Part shown: positions 9,466 through 18,749 of the stretch, piece after piece
Position numbering within the stretch: the first letter of the stretch is position 1
Layout: every line of letters starts with the position of its first letter
Source of the DNA: a virus
Taxonomy: Duplodnaviria > Caudoviricetes
Direction: 5' to 3' (one strand)
IMG/VR virus record: IMGVR_UViG_3300046460_000097
DNA length: 64,000 nt
Notes under the pieces: model-generated
Seen by the model: the letters and a program-made list of their open reading frames with translations, nothing else
What the model was told of the DNA's origin: nothing
The model's database searches: none
Program-made: the position numbers and the translations under genes

Positions 9466-9475
9466 GGGGGTAAAG

Positions 9476-9796
9476 ATGTTCATCAGAATACTTAGTCCAA
9501 AGGAATACGAGGACAGTCTTCAGCGGATGGTCAGTACCTTAACGGAACTGGAGAGTGAAATTATTCTTCTGCGACGTAAGGCACGGACCATACACATCCT
9601 GGACATCTACAGTTACAAGACATACGCTCAGTTGAACGAAGCAGCCGATCGTCTTAGCGATTCTGCTAGAAAGCTGAATGAAGAAATCAGTCGCACGCAG
9701 AAACGTGGTTACATGTTAGCGTTCACTAAACCGGCGTGGGTAGACAAGTTTCAAGAGCTGGTTAGAAAACTTCCCGATACATTAAGAAACCGTTAG
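9476..9796 (+). CDS. Hypothetical coiled-coil protein
   Basis: 106 aa, AAGGGGG RBS. Confidence 0.7.
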   Translation: MFIRILSPKEYEDSLQRMVSTLTELESEIILLRRKARTIHILDIYSYKTYAQLNEAADRLSDSARKLNEEISRTQKRGYMLAFTKPAWVDKFQELVRKLPDTLRNR

Positions 9797-9809
9797 CAGG
9801 AGATTCACC

Positions 9810-10052
9810 ATGGACCGTACTACCATTCGTCAACAGATCAAGAAGCTGAACGAAGAAGCACAAACTTACAAAGGCTGCAAGCACCAAATCCTCTCCGCCG
9901 GTTATAACCTGCGAGTGGGCGTGTTCCGTAGTGCGGTGAATGTACGGGTGATGGACCAGATGAAAGCTGTCGGTCGTGCCCTCCGCGAAGAAGTCAAGAA
10001 ACTTCGCCAAGAAGAGACTGCCATTATCGGTAGCAACTCGGTAATGCTCTAA
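9810..10052 (+). CDS. Hypothetical coiled-coil protein
   Basis: 80 aa, AGGAG RBS. Confidence 0.75.
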   Translation: MDRTTIRQQIKKLNEEAQTYKGCKHQILSAGYNLRVGVFRSAVNVRVMDQMKAVGRALREEVKKLRQEETAIIGSNSVML

Positions 10053-10066
10053 ACTAAAGATTCCTT

Positions 10067-10103
10067 ATAACCCTCCTATCCCTTGATGGGGTAGGAGGGT
10101 TAT
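10067..10103. terminator. Bidirectional terminator (ATAACCC family)
   Basis: 16-bp stem ATAACCCTCCTATCCC-TTGAT-GGGGTAGGAGGGTTAT between convergent genes. Confidence 0.8.
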
Positions 10104-10125
10104 AGTTGTGGTTTCTTTTTTTGTC

Positions 10126-10959
10126 TCAGGAGAAACTATTATGTGTAACGACCCAGTCGTCTATGATGTACAAGCTGTCTTCGCTGTCAATGCTGATGCA
10201 AGCTGTTCCCATGGGTTTGAGTTGTTCAAAGGAAACAATCTTGAGTTTGACGTCTTCGTACAGACTCAAGTCAATGATAGAACCCAGGCTGTCACCCAGT
10301 AACCCGTCTACGAGCCCCACGATGTCCCTGTGCTTGAATTCAACCCGATACAGTGATTCATACGGGTCTAGCGTAGCGACGCCCCCAAGGCTCCACATGA
10401 GCTCCTTGAAGTTAGCAGCTCCTGTCTGGTTTTCCATCAGGACACTAACACCCCTCTCCGATATATGAACACTGGATAGTTCGATCATACGTTCTGCAAG
10501 TGCGTAGCGGTCTCCATATGAGAGTTCCATCACTGGGCTGTCTATAACTATACCAGATGAAACAAGAGAAGCCGCCAGCTGATGGAGGTCACGGTCGAGG
10601 CCCACCGTAGCTATGCTAGTCCCCCCTACCTCCCCCACTACCGGCAAGTAGTAACAGAACTGATCGAAGTGCCCGACAATATCTTGGGTGGTCGTAACGT
10701 ACCCCTGTGCACTCGGCTCGGCTTCGTGTACTTGCCAAAGATGTAGTGGGTGAGAATCAGCTGTGCGGCCATCCTCTAAGGTAAACCGAAAGCATTCAGT
10801 AACACCCTGAGGGAAACAGTTAGTGATGTTCGCTACGTTCCCCTTAGGCCCGATCACTTGGTCGCCTATCTTAAGGTCGCCAAGTCTTGTCCAGCCCCCT
10901 GGTGTCTTTACCAGGGTATGAAGTGGCATAGCTTTGCCACTAGCGAAGATGTTTACCAT
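10126..10959 (-). CDS. Free-standing intein (Hint) protein, class 3 signature, decayed LAGLIDADG, 9-aa N-extein and 3-aa C-extein
   Basis: ATG 10959 with AAGGA RBS; MVNIFASGK|AMPLHTLVKTPGGW..LGDLKIGDQV (block A), HLW (block B), CISIDSEDSLY (block F), VVTHN|SFS-stop (block G); intein 10138..10932, 265 aa. Confidence 0.88.
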   Translation of the reverse strand: MVNIFASGKAMPLHTLVKTPGGWTRLGDLKIGDQVIGPKGNVANITNCFPQGVTECFRFTLEDGRTADSHPLHLWQVHEAEPSAQGYVTTTQDIVGHFDQFCYYLPVVGEVGGTSIATVGLDRDLHQLAASLVSSGIVIDSPVMELSYGDRYALAERMIELSSVHISERGVSVLMENQTGAANFKELMWSLGGVATLDPYESLYRVEFKHRDIVGLVDGLLGDSLGSIIDLSLYEDVKLKIVSFEQLKPMGTACISIDSEDSLYIIDDWVVTHNSFS

Positions 10960-10988
10960 AAACCTTGTCCTTAAAAGGGAAACCAATA

Positions 10989-12182
10989 ATGTTCAAATTG
11001 TGGACAGTGGCAGAAGCAGAAGCACGCGGTAAAACCTTGTCGGATGACGCGTTCAACGAAATCAATGCACTGCGGAATTTCTTCTACCGCATGTACCCGG
11101 AGTTTGGCTTTGGTCACATGCCAGACATCTATACCTACCAAGGGTTGGCTGACACTGTCGAAGTCAAGTTCATTCGTTTTGAATGGGCTGGCAAGTCTTA
11201 CACCTTCGTTATCCAGGACTCTCTGTACGATTACTTCATTACCAGTTGGGAAGATGAGAGCCCGCATAAAGAGTGGTGTGACCGTCCTAACCAGTGCGTC
11301 GAGATGGTTCGTAAGCACTGGAAGCGCACTGTCACCAAGATGCCTATAGAGTTGCCTATGGACATCCTCACCAGCGTCCAGAATCAGGTCTACGGCTGGG
11401 AACACTTGACCGATGGTGACTTCACTCAGGTTTACTCTGTATGCGCCCGTATGGCCGCTGAGATGCGTGAGAAGTGTGCGTACGTTACACACCTCGCCGA
11501 CAAGCTGGGTCACATCATCAAGCAGAAAGACCACGACCTGTACCTGAGCTTCAAGGGTGTCGACTTCTTCCAGAAAATGAACATCGGTCTAGACCGTGTT
11601 TATCCGAAACTGCCTGAAAGTGGTGAAGTGTCTCTGGGTGATTCGGTCATCGATCTCGACGACTGGTACATGTACAACAAGATCGTCCAGGTCAACGTCA
11701 AACGTATCGGCCATGCGTCGAACCAGATCAACCGCATGATCAAGCGTTACCGCGGAATGATCTCCACCGACGTAGTCATCCAAGACATCTTCGATGCTGA
11801 ACTGAAGATCCAGTTGATGGCAGCCAGTCACTTCCTCAAGCGCATCTACGGCTACAGCGCTGAGCACGGTATGGAAATCATGGAAGGCGTCGCCAACGAC
11901 GTTATCGCTCGTCTGACCAAGCACGGTGGCAACATCGGTCTCGACTTGAACGAGTGGGTGGTTTACCAGTACCACGACGACAACTCGATGCCAACAGCTA
12001 TCAACGACGTTGCCGAGCTGGACTTCAAGAACGGACTGTACAACCGCTACACCCAGTCCTTCGTAGAAGCGCTGTACGCGTATCTGCTGGACACTCCGAA
12101 CCCGTACATCAAACCTTATACTTGGCGTCAAGTAGTAGAAGGTGATGACGGTATCGCGATTGGTTCTATCCGTCAGGTGTAA
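10989..12182 (+). CDS. Hypothetical protein
   Basis: 397 aa from ATG 10989 (AAGGG RBS), codon usage like well-expressed phage genes; no recognised motif. Confidence 0.8.
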   Translation: MFKLWTVAEAEARGKTLSDDAFNEINALRNFFYRMYPEFGFGHMPDIYTYQGLADTVEVKFIRFEWAGKSYTFVIQDSLYDYFITSWEDESPHKEWCDRPNQCVEMVRKHWKRTVTKMPIELPMDILTSVQNQVYGWEHLTDGDFTQVYSVCARMAAEMREKCAYVTHLADKLGHIIKQKDHDLYLSFKGVDFFQKMNIGLDRVYPKLPESGEVSLGDSVIDLDDWYMYNKIVQVNVKRIGHASNQINRMIKRYRGMISTDVVIQDIFDAELKIQLMAASHFLKRIYGYSAEHGMEIMEGVANDVIARLTKHGGNIGLDLNEWVVYQYHDDNSMPTAINDVAELDFKNGLYNRYTQSFVEALYAYLLDTPNPYIKPYTWRQVVEGDDGIAIGSIRQV

Positions 12183-12196
12183 CGAACAACCCAGTA

Positions 12197-12227
12197 CCCC
12201 TAGCAGCCCTTAACAGGCTGCTAGGGG
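12197..12227. terminator. Bidirectional terminator
   Basis: CCCCTAGCAGCC-7nt-GGCTGCTAGGGG between convergent genes. Confidence 0.75.
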
Positions 12228-12267
12228 CGCTATGGCTGCAATTGCGTATCAATGGAAGGCTACACCA

Positions 12268-12909
12268 TTAAGGTGCTGTAGCGGCAGCCAAGGCTGCTTC
12301 CAACTCAAGGTTGTATGCTTGAGCTGCGGCCAGCTGAGCAGTCAGGGCATTTACCTTGGCTACATCATTACTGGCGTCAGTGATCTTACCCTTGCGGGTA
12401 TTCTCGTAGGCGTCTGCTTGCGCTTGGCTGGTGTAACCAACAGTCGGGATCGTACCCAATGTAACGCGGGCGGTAATACCAACAGTTGTCAGCAGGTAGT
12501 TGGCCATGTGGTCCATTGCCTGTTGCAGGGTTTGTTGCATGCTCGGAGGAACGGCGCCCACGTCAGCCACAATGCACATACGTTCATACGACACACCATC
12601 GACCAGAGGAAACGAGGTCAGGTAAGTAGTAGGAACGTAAACAGGAATCCCGTTACGGTCCATCAAGGAAACGATGATCGCGTCTGCTGCTTTGGCACGA
12701 GCCAGCACAGTAGGGTAATCCTCGGCGACAACACCCACCGGTGCGAACACCAGCGTGTACAGGTCGAGCTTAGCCTGTTCCATCTCGAAGATGGTACGGG
12801 TCGCTTCAACGGTGTAGTACTTGCTCTGATCGACAATGGTGTTAAACGGAGCAGATGCTTCAAATCGTCCCGCAGCATGAATCGCGGGGATGATGTTTTT
12901 GTCAGCCAT
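12268..12909 (-). CDS. Conserved phiKZ-like virion structural protein (baseplate region)
   Basis: 213 aa; P....GRFE..APF, YVPTTYL.SFP, GAVPP pattern recalled from jumbo phage virion proteins. Confidence 0.6.
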   Translation of the reverse strand: MADKNIIPAIHAAGRFEASAPFNTIVDQSKYYTVEATRTIFEMEQAKLDLYTLVFAPVGVVAEDYPTVLARAKAADAIIVSLMDRNGIPVYVPTTYLTSFPLVDGVSYERMCIVADVGAVPPSMQQTLQQAMDHMANYLLTTVGITARVTLGTIPTVGYTSQAQADAYENTRKGKITDASNDVAKVNALTAQLAAAQAYNLELEAALAAATAP

Positions 12910-12911
12910 GG

Positions 12912-14255
12912 TTATTCACTCACAACGCCGTCTTGCAGCATTTGGTAGCGGGTCATTACCAGGATCTTTACCTTCCCGATACGACGAGCCACATAGACCT
13001 GACCGAAACGCATAACCCGGGTAACGCCAGTTGGAGGCAAGCTGGTAGGGGTAACTACCTCAGCTGCAGCCAACAGGTTTTCCATCTGACGAATGAACTC
13101 CATGGTGGCGCTATTCATCAGGTCGAAGTCTGGGTCAGTCGACTCGATCAACGAGTAATCAGGGAACAAGGCAGTGATCTTTTCCATCCCCGGGCGGTTG
13201 TTCAGCTTGGCCACGAAGGCACAGCTAAGCGACTTATAGAGGACAGGAACGACTTGCATGGATTTTATGACGTGAGCCGGCGTCATGTTCGGGGTCAAGT
13301 ACTTATCGACCAAGACCTGCATCGTTTCACGATCAGCAATTGGGGAAAAGTTCTTCGCACCGTTGGTCTTGTTGGTAAGGCCGTACCGATCGAACGACGG
13401 AATCACGTAGAACTCAAGCGGGTTGAAAAGGTCAGGGATCTTCTCTTCCCAACGAGGACGACCGAACTGAGAGTTGTCCAGGATCTCTTTCTGGATCTGC
13501 TCGAAGAGCTGGTCTTCCGCGTCAGAGCTGTTGCCCCACGCTACGAAGCGCCAATACCCCATATTGTAATTAGGGGTGTTGATCAGGTCCAAGATCTGGA
13601 AGCCAAGAACCTTACGCTCTGTATAAGGCCAGGCCGCTTGGTTGGTCAGAGCATGGGTCCGATCTTCAATTACATCGGGCGTTTCGAGATCAAAGCGGGC
13701 TTCGATCTGCTTGTAGTTCGCGTTCATCAGGAAGTCCATCTCGCCGATTGGGAGAGGGTGGCAAACTGTGAACTTTACAACAGGGTACTGATCCTGGAAA
13801 TAGGCGTCAGCGAACCACAGGTAGAACTCGTGTTTAGCGGCGCCAACAGTGTGAGTACCGTGGATGAAACTTGGGAACCAGATGGTGTTGTCGGTTACCA
13901 TCTCGCCGATATCGGTAATTTCGATATTGTTCGAAAAGGTCGCTTGCAACAGTGCTAGGGTGCCAGGACGGCTGCTAGTAATGTTACCCTGCTTTGCTTG
14001 GGCATACAGCCAGTCGCCGATATTGATTTGAACAAGAGCCAAGTTGGCCGGCATCTTGATATCGACGTTGTTGTTTTGGCTCAAGAAGTTGAAGAGCTCT
14101 GTAACACTGGCAGCGTTGTCATTGGCGAAAACCCCCGGGTCTCTTGCATAGGTCCGGGATTTGTTGGAAAGTTCACCAATAGGTGACAAACTTTCTAGTG
14201 CGTTATTGTAGAGTGGTGATATACTGCCAAACGATAAATAAACTACAGTGCTCAT
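12912..14255 (-). CDS. Conserved phiKZ-like virion structural protein (baseplate region)
   Basis: True start ATG 14255 with GAGGTG RBS (447 aa); SPIGELS..SRTYARD N-terminal motif; the longer 14618 start overlaps a real opposite-strand gene. Confidence 0.65.
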   Translation of the reverse strand: MSTVVYLSFGSISPLYNNALESLSPIGELSNKSRTYARDPGVFANDNAASVTELFNFLSQNNNVDIKMPANLALVQINIGDWLYAQAKQGNITSSRPGTLALLQATFSNNIEITDIGEMVTDNTIWFPSFIHGTHTVGAAKHEFYLWFADAYFQDQYPVVKFTVCHPLPIGEMDFLMNANYKQIEARFDLETPDVIEDRTHALTNQAAWPYTERKVLGFQILDLINTPNYNMGYWRFVAWGNSSDAEDQLFEQIQKEILDNSQFGRPRWEEKIPDLFNPLEFYVIPSFDRYGLTNKTNGAKNFSPIADRETMQVLVDKYLTPNMTPAHVIKSMQVVPVLYKSLSCAFVAKLNNRPGMEKITALFPDYSLIESTDPDFDLMNSATMEFIRQMENLLAAAEVVTPTSLPPTGVTRVMRFGQVYVARRIGKVKILVMTRYQMLQDGVVSE

Positions 14256-14286
14256 AACTCTCACCTCTTCGTGTAAGGATAGTCCC

Positions 14287-14772
14287 ATGTTAGCGGTCTT
14301 TAAAGAGCTAACCAACAGATTCATAGAATTTGTCCTAGCGTTAACAAAGGGTGCGACACTTGAAGAGCAGTTAACGTCAGCGCTAAAAACTTCTATTTTC
14401 CTGGTCTCTGTTCTACTGGTTGTGGTCACTAGCCTTGCGGTTGCTAACCTTAATCTGCGGATGGAAGTGTCAGACATGGAGGTGGGTATTTCTAAAGTGA
14501 ATCTCTTGTTCGATGGGGATAGTGGAGGGCCCATCAAGGGATTCATTCGTATTAACGAGGTGCTCTCCGAGCAAAACTCGACGATAAAGCAAGAAAATAT
14601 CCTGTTGCTCAAGAACACGGCTCATCTGGATGAAGAGAACCATTGGCTCAGGCTACACTTGGTACAGGTCCTCGATGAGAATCAGTTGTTACGGGTGAAC
14701 AATAAGGCACTGACAGATATGGCTCTCAGTCTCGGTAAATCGCCTAAAGCTAAAAGTTCACCGCAGCACTAA
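14287..14772 (+). CDS. Membrane-anchored coiled-coil protein
   Basis: ATG 14287 with AAGGA RBS; TM IFLVSVLLVVVTSLAVA followed by heptad-rich C-terminus. Confidence 0.7.
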   Translation: MLAVFKELTNRFIEFVLALTKGATLEEQLTSALKTSIFLVSVLLVVVTSLAVANLNLRMEVSDMEVGISKVNLLFDGDSGGPIKGFIRINEVLSEQNSTIKQENILLLKNTAHLDEENHWLRLHLVQVLDENQLLRVNNKALTDMALSLGKSPKAKSSPQH

Positions 14773-14808
14773 TTAATGTGTATCAACACCTCTTAAGGAC
14801 TGCCTGCG

Positions 14809-16320
14809 ATGGACGAAATCACTCCGACAATAAACATGGTTGTTTATTTGATTGCAAATGCTTTGGAAGCAGCAGAGGGAAAACATAAACGATTTCATTA
14901 CTTGGGCGGTCATGGCTACACCTATGACATCGCTCAAGAGGGTAAGAAGAAGCTGGCCAAGGATGTAGCGACTTCTACAGGGTATTACACCGGCAACAAG
15001 CAGAAGCCTAACACAGTGGTGGTCGTTAATGACATCATCAGTTTGACGGTTTGCGGTTCTGCTAGTGTCATCGAAAGTATGCTGTCTGGGTTCAAGGCTG
15101 TACTCGAACCGTTTGTTGTTAATCAGTCAGTGTACAAGAACCTGTGCGTCATTACTCCTCATCGTGAATTGGAAGTACTCAGCCGCCTCAAACCAGCTCA
15201 GCTGGATAAGGAAGGGGTTAAGCTGGGCACTCACGTGTTGTCTGCTTCTGAAATTGACCTGGCCAAGGAATGTCTAGCCTTGGTGACTGCTATTGCTACA
15301 GATGGGAAGGATCGCAAGGTTATCTTCGATCTAGCGGGTGCGGCAGAAGGCGGTTTGGGCAATCGTCTCGCGCACAAGCAATTGGAGTTGGCGGAAGTCG
15401 GTACTGTTATCGGTCACCTGAAAGGCATTAGCCTCTCGATCATGACTCGTAAAGAGTATGAAAATCCTGAATCGGATTTCAACAAGATCGTCAGTGCAAC
15501 ACGCTGGTACTTTCAGACCGGTAATGCTGTTGACTTCTACAAGCTGCTCAATGGTTTCCGCGTGTATGGCTTCGGTAAAGTGGAGCCGGACAAGAACTAC
15601 TACGGAAAGATCACACCGGACGTGACCTACTCCAAACTGTATACCCTGAAACCGATTCAGTTGCTGGACAAGTTGTTTGAGTTCACTTCCAAGAAGATCG
15701 CTAACCCTGATGGGTATCTGTCTGCTGGGACATTGAACAACCTGACCGGCAAAGATGTAGCGCGCATGATCGACACCATTCCGGCTGTTCCGCAAAATAC
15801 GGATCTGGTCTCTCCGGTTACTAAAGGTAACGGTAAGCCAGTCCTGATCGAGCTGATCAAACCGGTAATGATGTCGTACCGTGTACGCGAGTTCTTGGAT
15901 GTCATGGACTTCCAGTTGGAATCGTTCTTGAAGAAGGATGAGAACAACCAGTTCGGACACACCAAGTTCTACAACATCACCGATCAAGTGTACGTCAAGG
16001 AAGAAAACGGCAAGGGCGTAGTGAAGCTTAAACTGCATCCTGAATTTACACAGTTGAAGACATCATTCAAGGTACTGGTCGACCACCCTAAAGCGGTTAA
16101 GCCTGTGCCTATCATGTTGTCGGTTGGGTATGACATTCCAGAACGCAATGCTTTCAACTCGGTAGAAGATCCAGATGTAGAGGTGTGGGTTGCTGTGGAT
16201 ACTCGTAACGCTACGGGGCTCCGTTACAACACGTTGGTGAAGACAAATGAATTCATCTACATCCATACCAGTGCAGCGGCTAATCTGCGTGTGCTGAACA
16301 AGGCAGAGCTGGGGCAATAA
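14809..16320 (+). CDS. RNase H-like virion protein (phiKZ gp155-like), catalytic residues apparently lost
   Basis: 503 aa; G.HGY.Y N-terminal motif, GLGN.LA, GK..PDVTYS, GYDIPERN family motifs. Confidence 0.65.
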   Translation: MDEITPTINMVVYLIANALEAAEGKHKRFHYLGGHGYTYDIAQEGKKKLAKDVATSTGYYTGNKQKPNTVVVVNDIISLTVCGSASVIESMLSGFKAVLEPFVVNQSVYKNLCVITPHRELEVLSRLKPAQLDKEGVKLGTHVLSASEIDLAKECLALVTAIATDGKDRKVIFDLAGAAEGGLGNRLAHKQLELAEVGTVIGHLKGISLSIMTRKEYENPESDFNKIVSATRWYFQTGNAVDFYKLLNGFRVYGFGKVEPDKNYYGKITPDVTYSKLYTLKPIQLLDKLFEFTSKKIANPDGYLSAGTLNNLTGKDVARMIDTIPAVPQNTDLVSPVTKGNGKPVLIELIKPVMMSYRVREFLDVMDFQLESFLKKDENNQFGHTKFYNITDQVYVKEENGKGVVKLKLHPEFTQLKTSFKVLVDHPKAVKPVPIMLSVGYDIPERNAFNSVEDPDVEVWVAVDTRNATGLRYNTLVKTNEFIYIHTSAAANLRVLNKAELGQ

Positions 16321-16331
16321 CCCTGTATCAG

Positions 16332-16373
16332 CTATAACTCCCCTACCCCGTAAAAAGGGTAGGGGAGTTATAG
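16332..16373. terminator. Bidirectional terminator (ATAAC family)
   Basis: CTATAACTCCCCTACCC-8nt-GGGTAGGGGAGTTATAG, 17-bp stem between convergent genes. Confidence 0.8.
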
Positions 16374-16388
16374 TGCTTTATGGCTGCT

Positions 16389-17195
16389 TTACTTGAGTTC
16401 GGCGATGGTCTTCGCTTGCTCGTTGAATACAGCGGTCAGATCGTTCAGAAGCACCAGCAGAGCGCCTGCAAGGTTGGTCAGAGACACGAACTTGTTGACG
16501 ATGGCCTCTACGTCGGCAATGCCCTGCTCGCTTACCAGCAGCTCGTTAGCCTTGATCTTCTTGACCATCAGCGTACCGAGTTCGTGAACGTTGGTCAGCT
16601 CTTTAGCCAACAGTTCGATGTCACGCCCACCGAGAGTGCTCACGCCGTGGTTGAAGGTGATCATGCAGGCGAAGAACTCGTCGAAGTTGAAGTACACTTG
16701 GCCGAGGTTGAACTTCAGACGGCGGCTGTTGTCAGGGAGGTTCTTGACGAAGTTTTCAGCCTTGTTAAGGGCGGTGTCGAAGTCCTTGATAGTCCAGCCG
16801 AAGGACTTGTCAACGCGACCATTCTTGATGATTTGTTTCAACCAATCATATAGTCTCGCCGCCTCGGTCTTCAGACTGCACACGATGTACACACCGTCTA
16901 CAACGGCCTTGGTGTGTGCCATCATATTACCCATACCGGCTTGGAAACCTTCGGGGGTGATCATCTCAACGCCGGTGTTCTTGACGTACAAGATCTTGTT
17001 AGCTTCGATGTTGCGCTTGGCAGCCGAGTAGTCAACCTGATGGATCGATTTGCTCAGCGCAGCCATGCGACGATCGATGGAGGTGGAGAACTCTTTGAAG
17101 AACAGGTCGAAGTTCTCGCCCAAGCTCATTGCTTCCATACCTTGTACGGAAAGCAACGTATCTGGGTTCTTAACCAGCGCGATATAATTTTCCAT
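16389..17195 (-). CDS. Putative head protein (phiKZ gp153-like by position)
   Basis: 268 aa next to RecA-like gene; N-terminal GME|A and LGE motifs resemble prohead protease sites. Confidence 0.55.
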   Translation of the reverse strand: MENYIALVKNPDTLLSVQGMEAMSLGENFDLFFKEFSTSIDRRMAALSKSIHQVDYSAAKRNIEANKILYVKNTGVEMITPEGFQAGMGNMMAHTKAVVDGVYIVCSLKTEAARLYDWLKQIIKNGRVDKSFGWTIKDFDTALNKAENFVKNLPDNSRRLKFNLGQVYFNFDEFFACMITFNHGVSTLGGRDIELLAKELTNVHELGTLMVKKIKANELLVSEQGIADVEAIVNKFVSLTNLAGALLVLLNDLTAVFNEQAKTIAELK

Positions 17196-17303
17196 TACTG
17201 ACCTCTATATCAATATAGTTTAGGGGAGGGCAGTTTGCCCAAAGTGACCGGGGCAGAGTGGCCCTTGGATTGAAATTCATAAAATACCAGGAAGTTAAGA
17301 AAT

Positions 17304-18749
17304 ATGGCATCTCCGCACAGTTTTGTTAAAGCAATGAAGTCGTCCGATACTGTTATCCCGACTCTTCAGTTCTCGCCAATGATGGACATGATCAACGGTG
17401 AGTTCTTAGTGGGTCCGGATCAGGTCACCTACATGAATGGTGGACTGTGCCGCAACAACGCTGTAACCGGTGGTAACAACACGCAGAAGACCGGCCAAAC
17501 TGTATTGATGATGGCCAACGCGTTGTATCGTTATCACACGCTGATCGTGGCCTTCAAGGATATCGAGGCTACCTTTAACGTAGGTCGTCTGGCTGACATC
17601 GTGGACGAACTGTTCGGTATTCCGGGCTACTTCTACGCCGAGATTCTGGACAAGCGTTTCTTCTACTTCAGCCGTAACGACATCGAGAACCCTTGTGACG
17701 GTAACTTCGTTCACCAGTGGTTCAAAGACCGCCATGCTGATGTAAAGCAGGCGATCAAAGAAAAGCAGAACATCTACATCAATACTCCTTACCCGGGTAA
17801 CGATGGTAACGCGGTCAAGATCATTTCGCCGATCATGACTGTAGTCGACTCGATCTCTGAAATGCACTTCGCCAAGACCTCGGCCCACTTCCAAGAAGGT
17901 GAAGTCGACGAAGGCGGCGCGCAGAAGACTCGAGATCTGGTAATCGGTAACCAGCGTCGTATCGTCTATGAAGACTGTGACGTACTGGGTGGCGAATTCG
18001 GCGCTTATCAAGTGTGGACTGCTCAGGTAACTGACATCGTCAACATGACTGGTCAGCCGCTGGAAAAAGAATCCGTCTTCATTCGTCAAGGGAAGAAACT
18101 GAAAGGGCCTAAGTCCCTCCTGCGTATCCCACAAATCGGTTATGAAATCATCCGGGGTAGTGCACTTAAATCTGGCCAGGAATGGATGTACCCCAATCCG
18201 TTCGGCAGCGACGTGGTAATTGGTAAAGATGCAAAAGAAAACCCTGATCTGCTTTTCTACACAACTAACATTTATCGTAACAAGAGTGGCTCTAGTGGTA
18301 GCAGCCTGTTCTTTATTGGTTCCCAATCTCTAGGGATTCAAGAAGGGCTGTCGATGTACCACGCTATCAAGACGTCCGACATGTTCGGTCTTGAAGGCAG
18401 TGCTATCAGCCACGCTTGTGTGTTGTACCCTGAGTGCAAGGTTGGTCGTACCACCGTCTGGAAGAAGTCTATTGAAGACAAGAAGTTCTACCGGGCGCTG
18501 GGCATCTGCTACCAAATGTGGTTCATGCAAACGTTCTGGTTGACTCTGGAGCACAAGTACCGCATGACCCCGCAGGAAATGTACAACAAGATCAAAGAGC
18601 AAGGTTACGACTGGAATGACATCCTCGAGAACACCGTGGACTACTGGTTTACCAACCCGCTGATCACCAAGCACACCGTCTCCACGCTTGAACTGTTGAA
18701 GATCGCTCTGGGCGAGCGCAAGCCTTACTGGCTTGATAAGAAAAAGTAA
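17304..18749 (+). CDS. uvsX: RecA/RadA/UvsX-like recombinase (phiKZ gp152-like)
   Basis: 481 aa; variant Walker A VTGGNNTQKT, KDIEAT, Walker B VVDSISE. Confidence 0.75.
   Translation: MASPHSFVKAMKSSDTVIPTLQFSPMMDMINGEFLVGPDQVTYMNGGLCRNNAVTGGNNTQKTGQTVLMMANALYRYHTLIVAFKDIEATFNVGRLADIVDELFGIPGYFYAEILDKRFFYFSRNDIENPCDGNFVHQWFKDRHADVKQAIKEKQNIYINTPYPGNDGNAVKIISPIMTVVDSISEMHFAKTSAHFQEGEVDEGGAQKTRDLVIGNQRRIVYEDCDVLGGEFGAYQVWTAQVTDIVNMTGQPLEKESVFIRQGKKLKGPKSLLRIPQIGYEIIRGSALKSGQEWMYPNPFGSDVVIGKDAKENPDLLFYTTNIYRNKSGSSGSSLFFIGSQSLGIQEGLSMYHAIKTSDMFGLEGSAISHACVLYPECKVGRTTVWKKSIEDKKFYRALGICYQMWFMQTFWLTLEHKYRMTPQEMYNKIKEQGYDWNDILENTVDYWFTNPLITKHTVSTLELLKIALGERKPYWLDKKK

Noticed and set aside
10141-10302. 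53-aa + strand ORF with good RBS (AGGAGA-7nt-ATG) antisense to the intein C-terminus
   Set aside because: In-register shadow of the intein, directly downstream of a strong terminator with no visible promoter; the RBS is made by the SFS-stop codons. Worth a glance only if Ribo-seq exists
14256-14618. N-terminal extension of the 12912 ORF to 568 aa
   Set aside because: Overlaps the real + strand gene 14287..14772; a GAGGTG RBS supports ATG 14255
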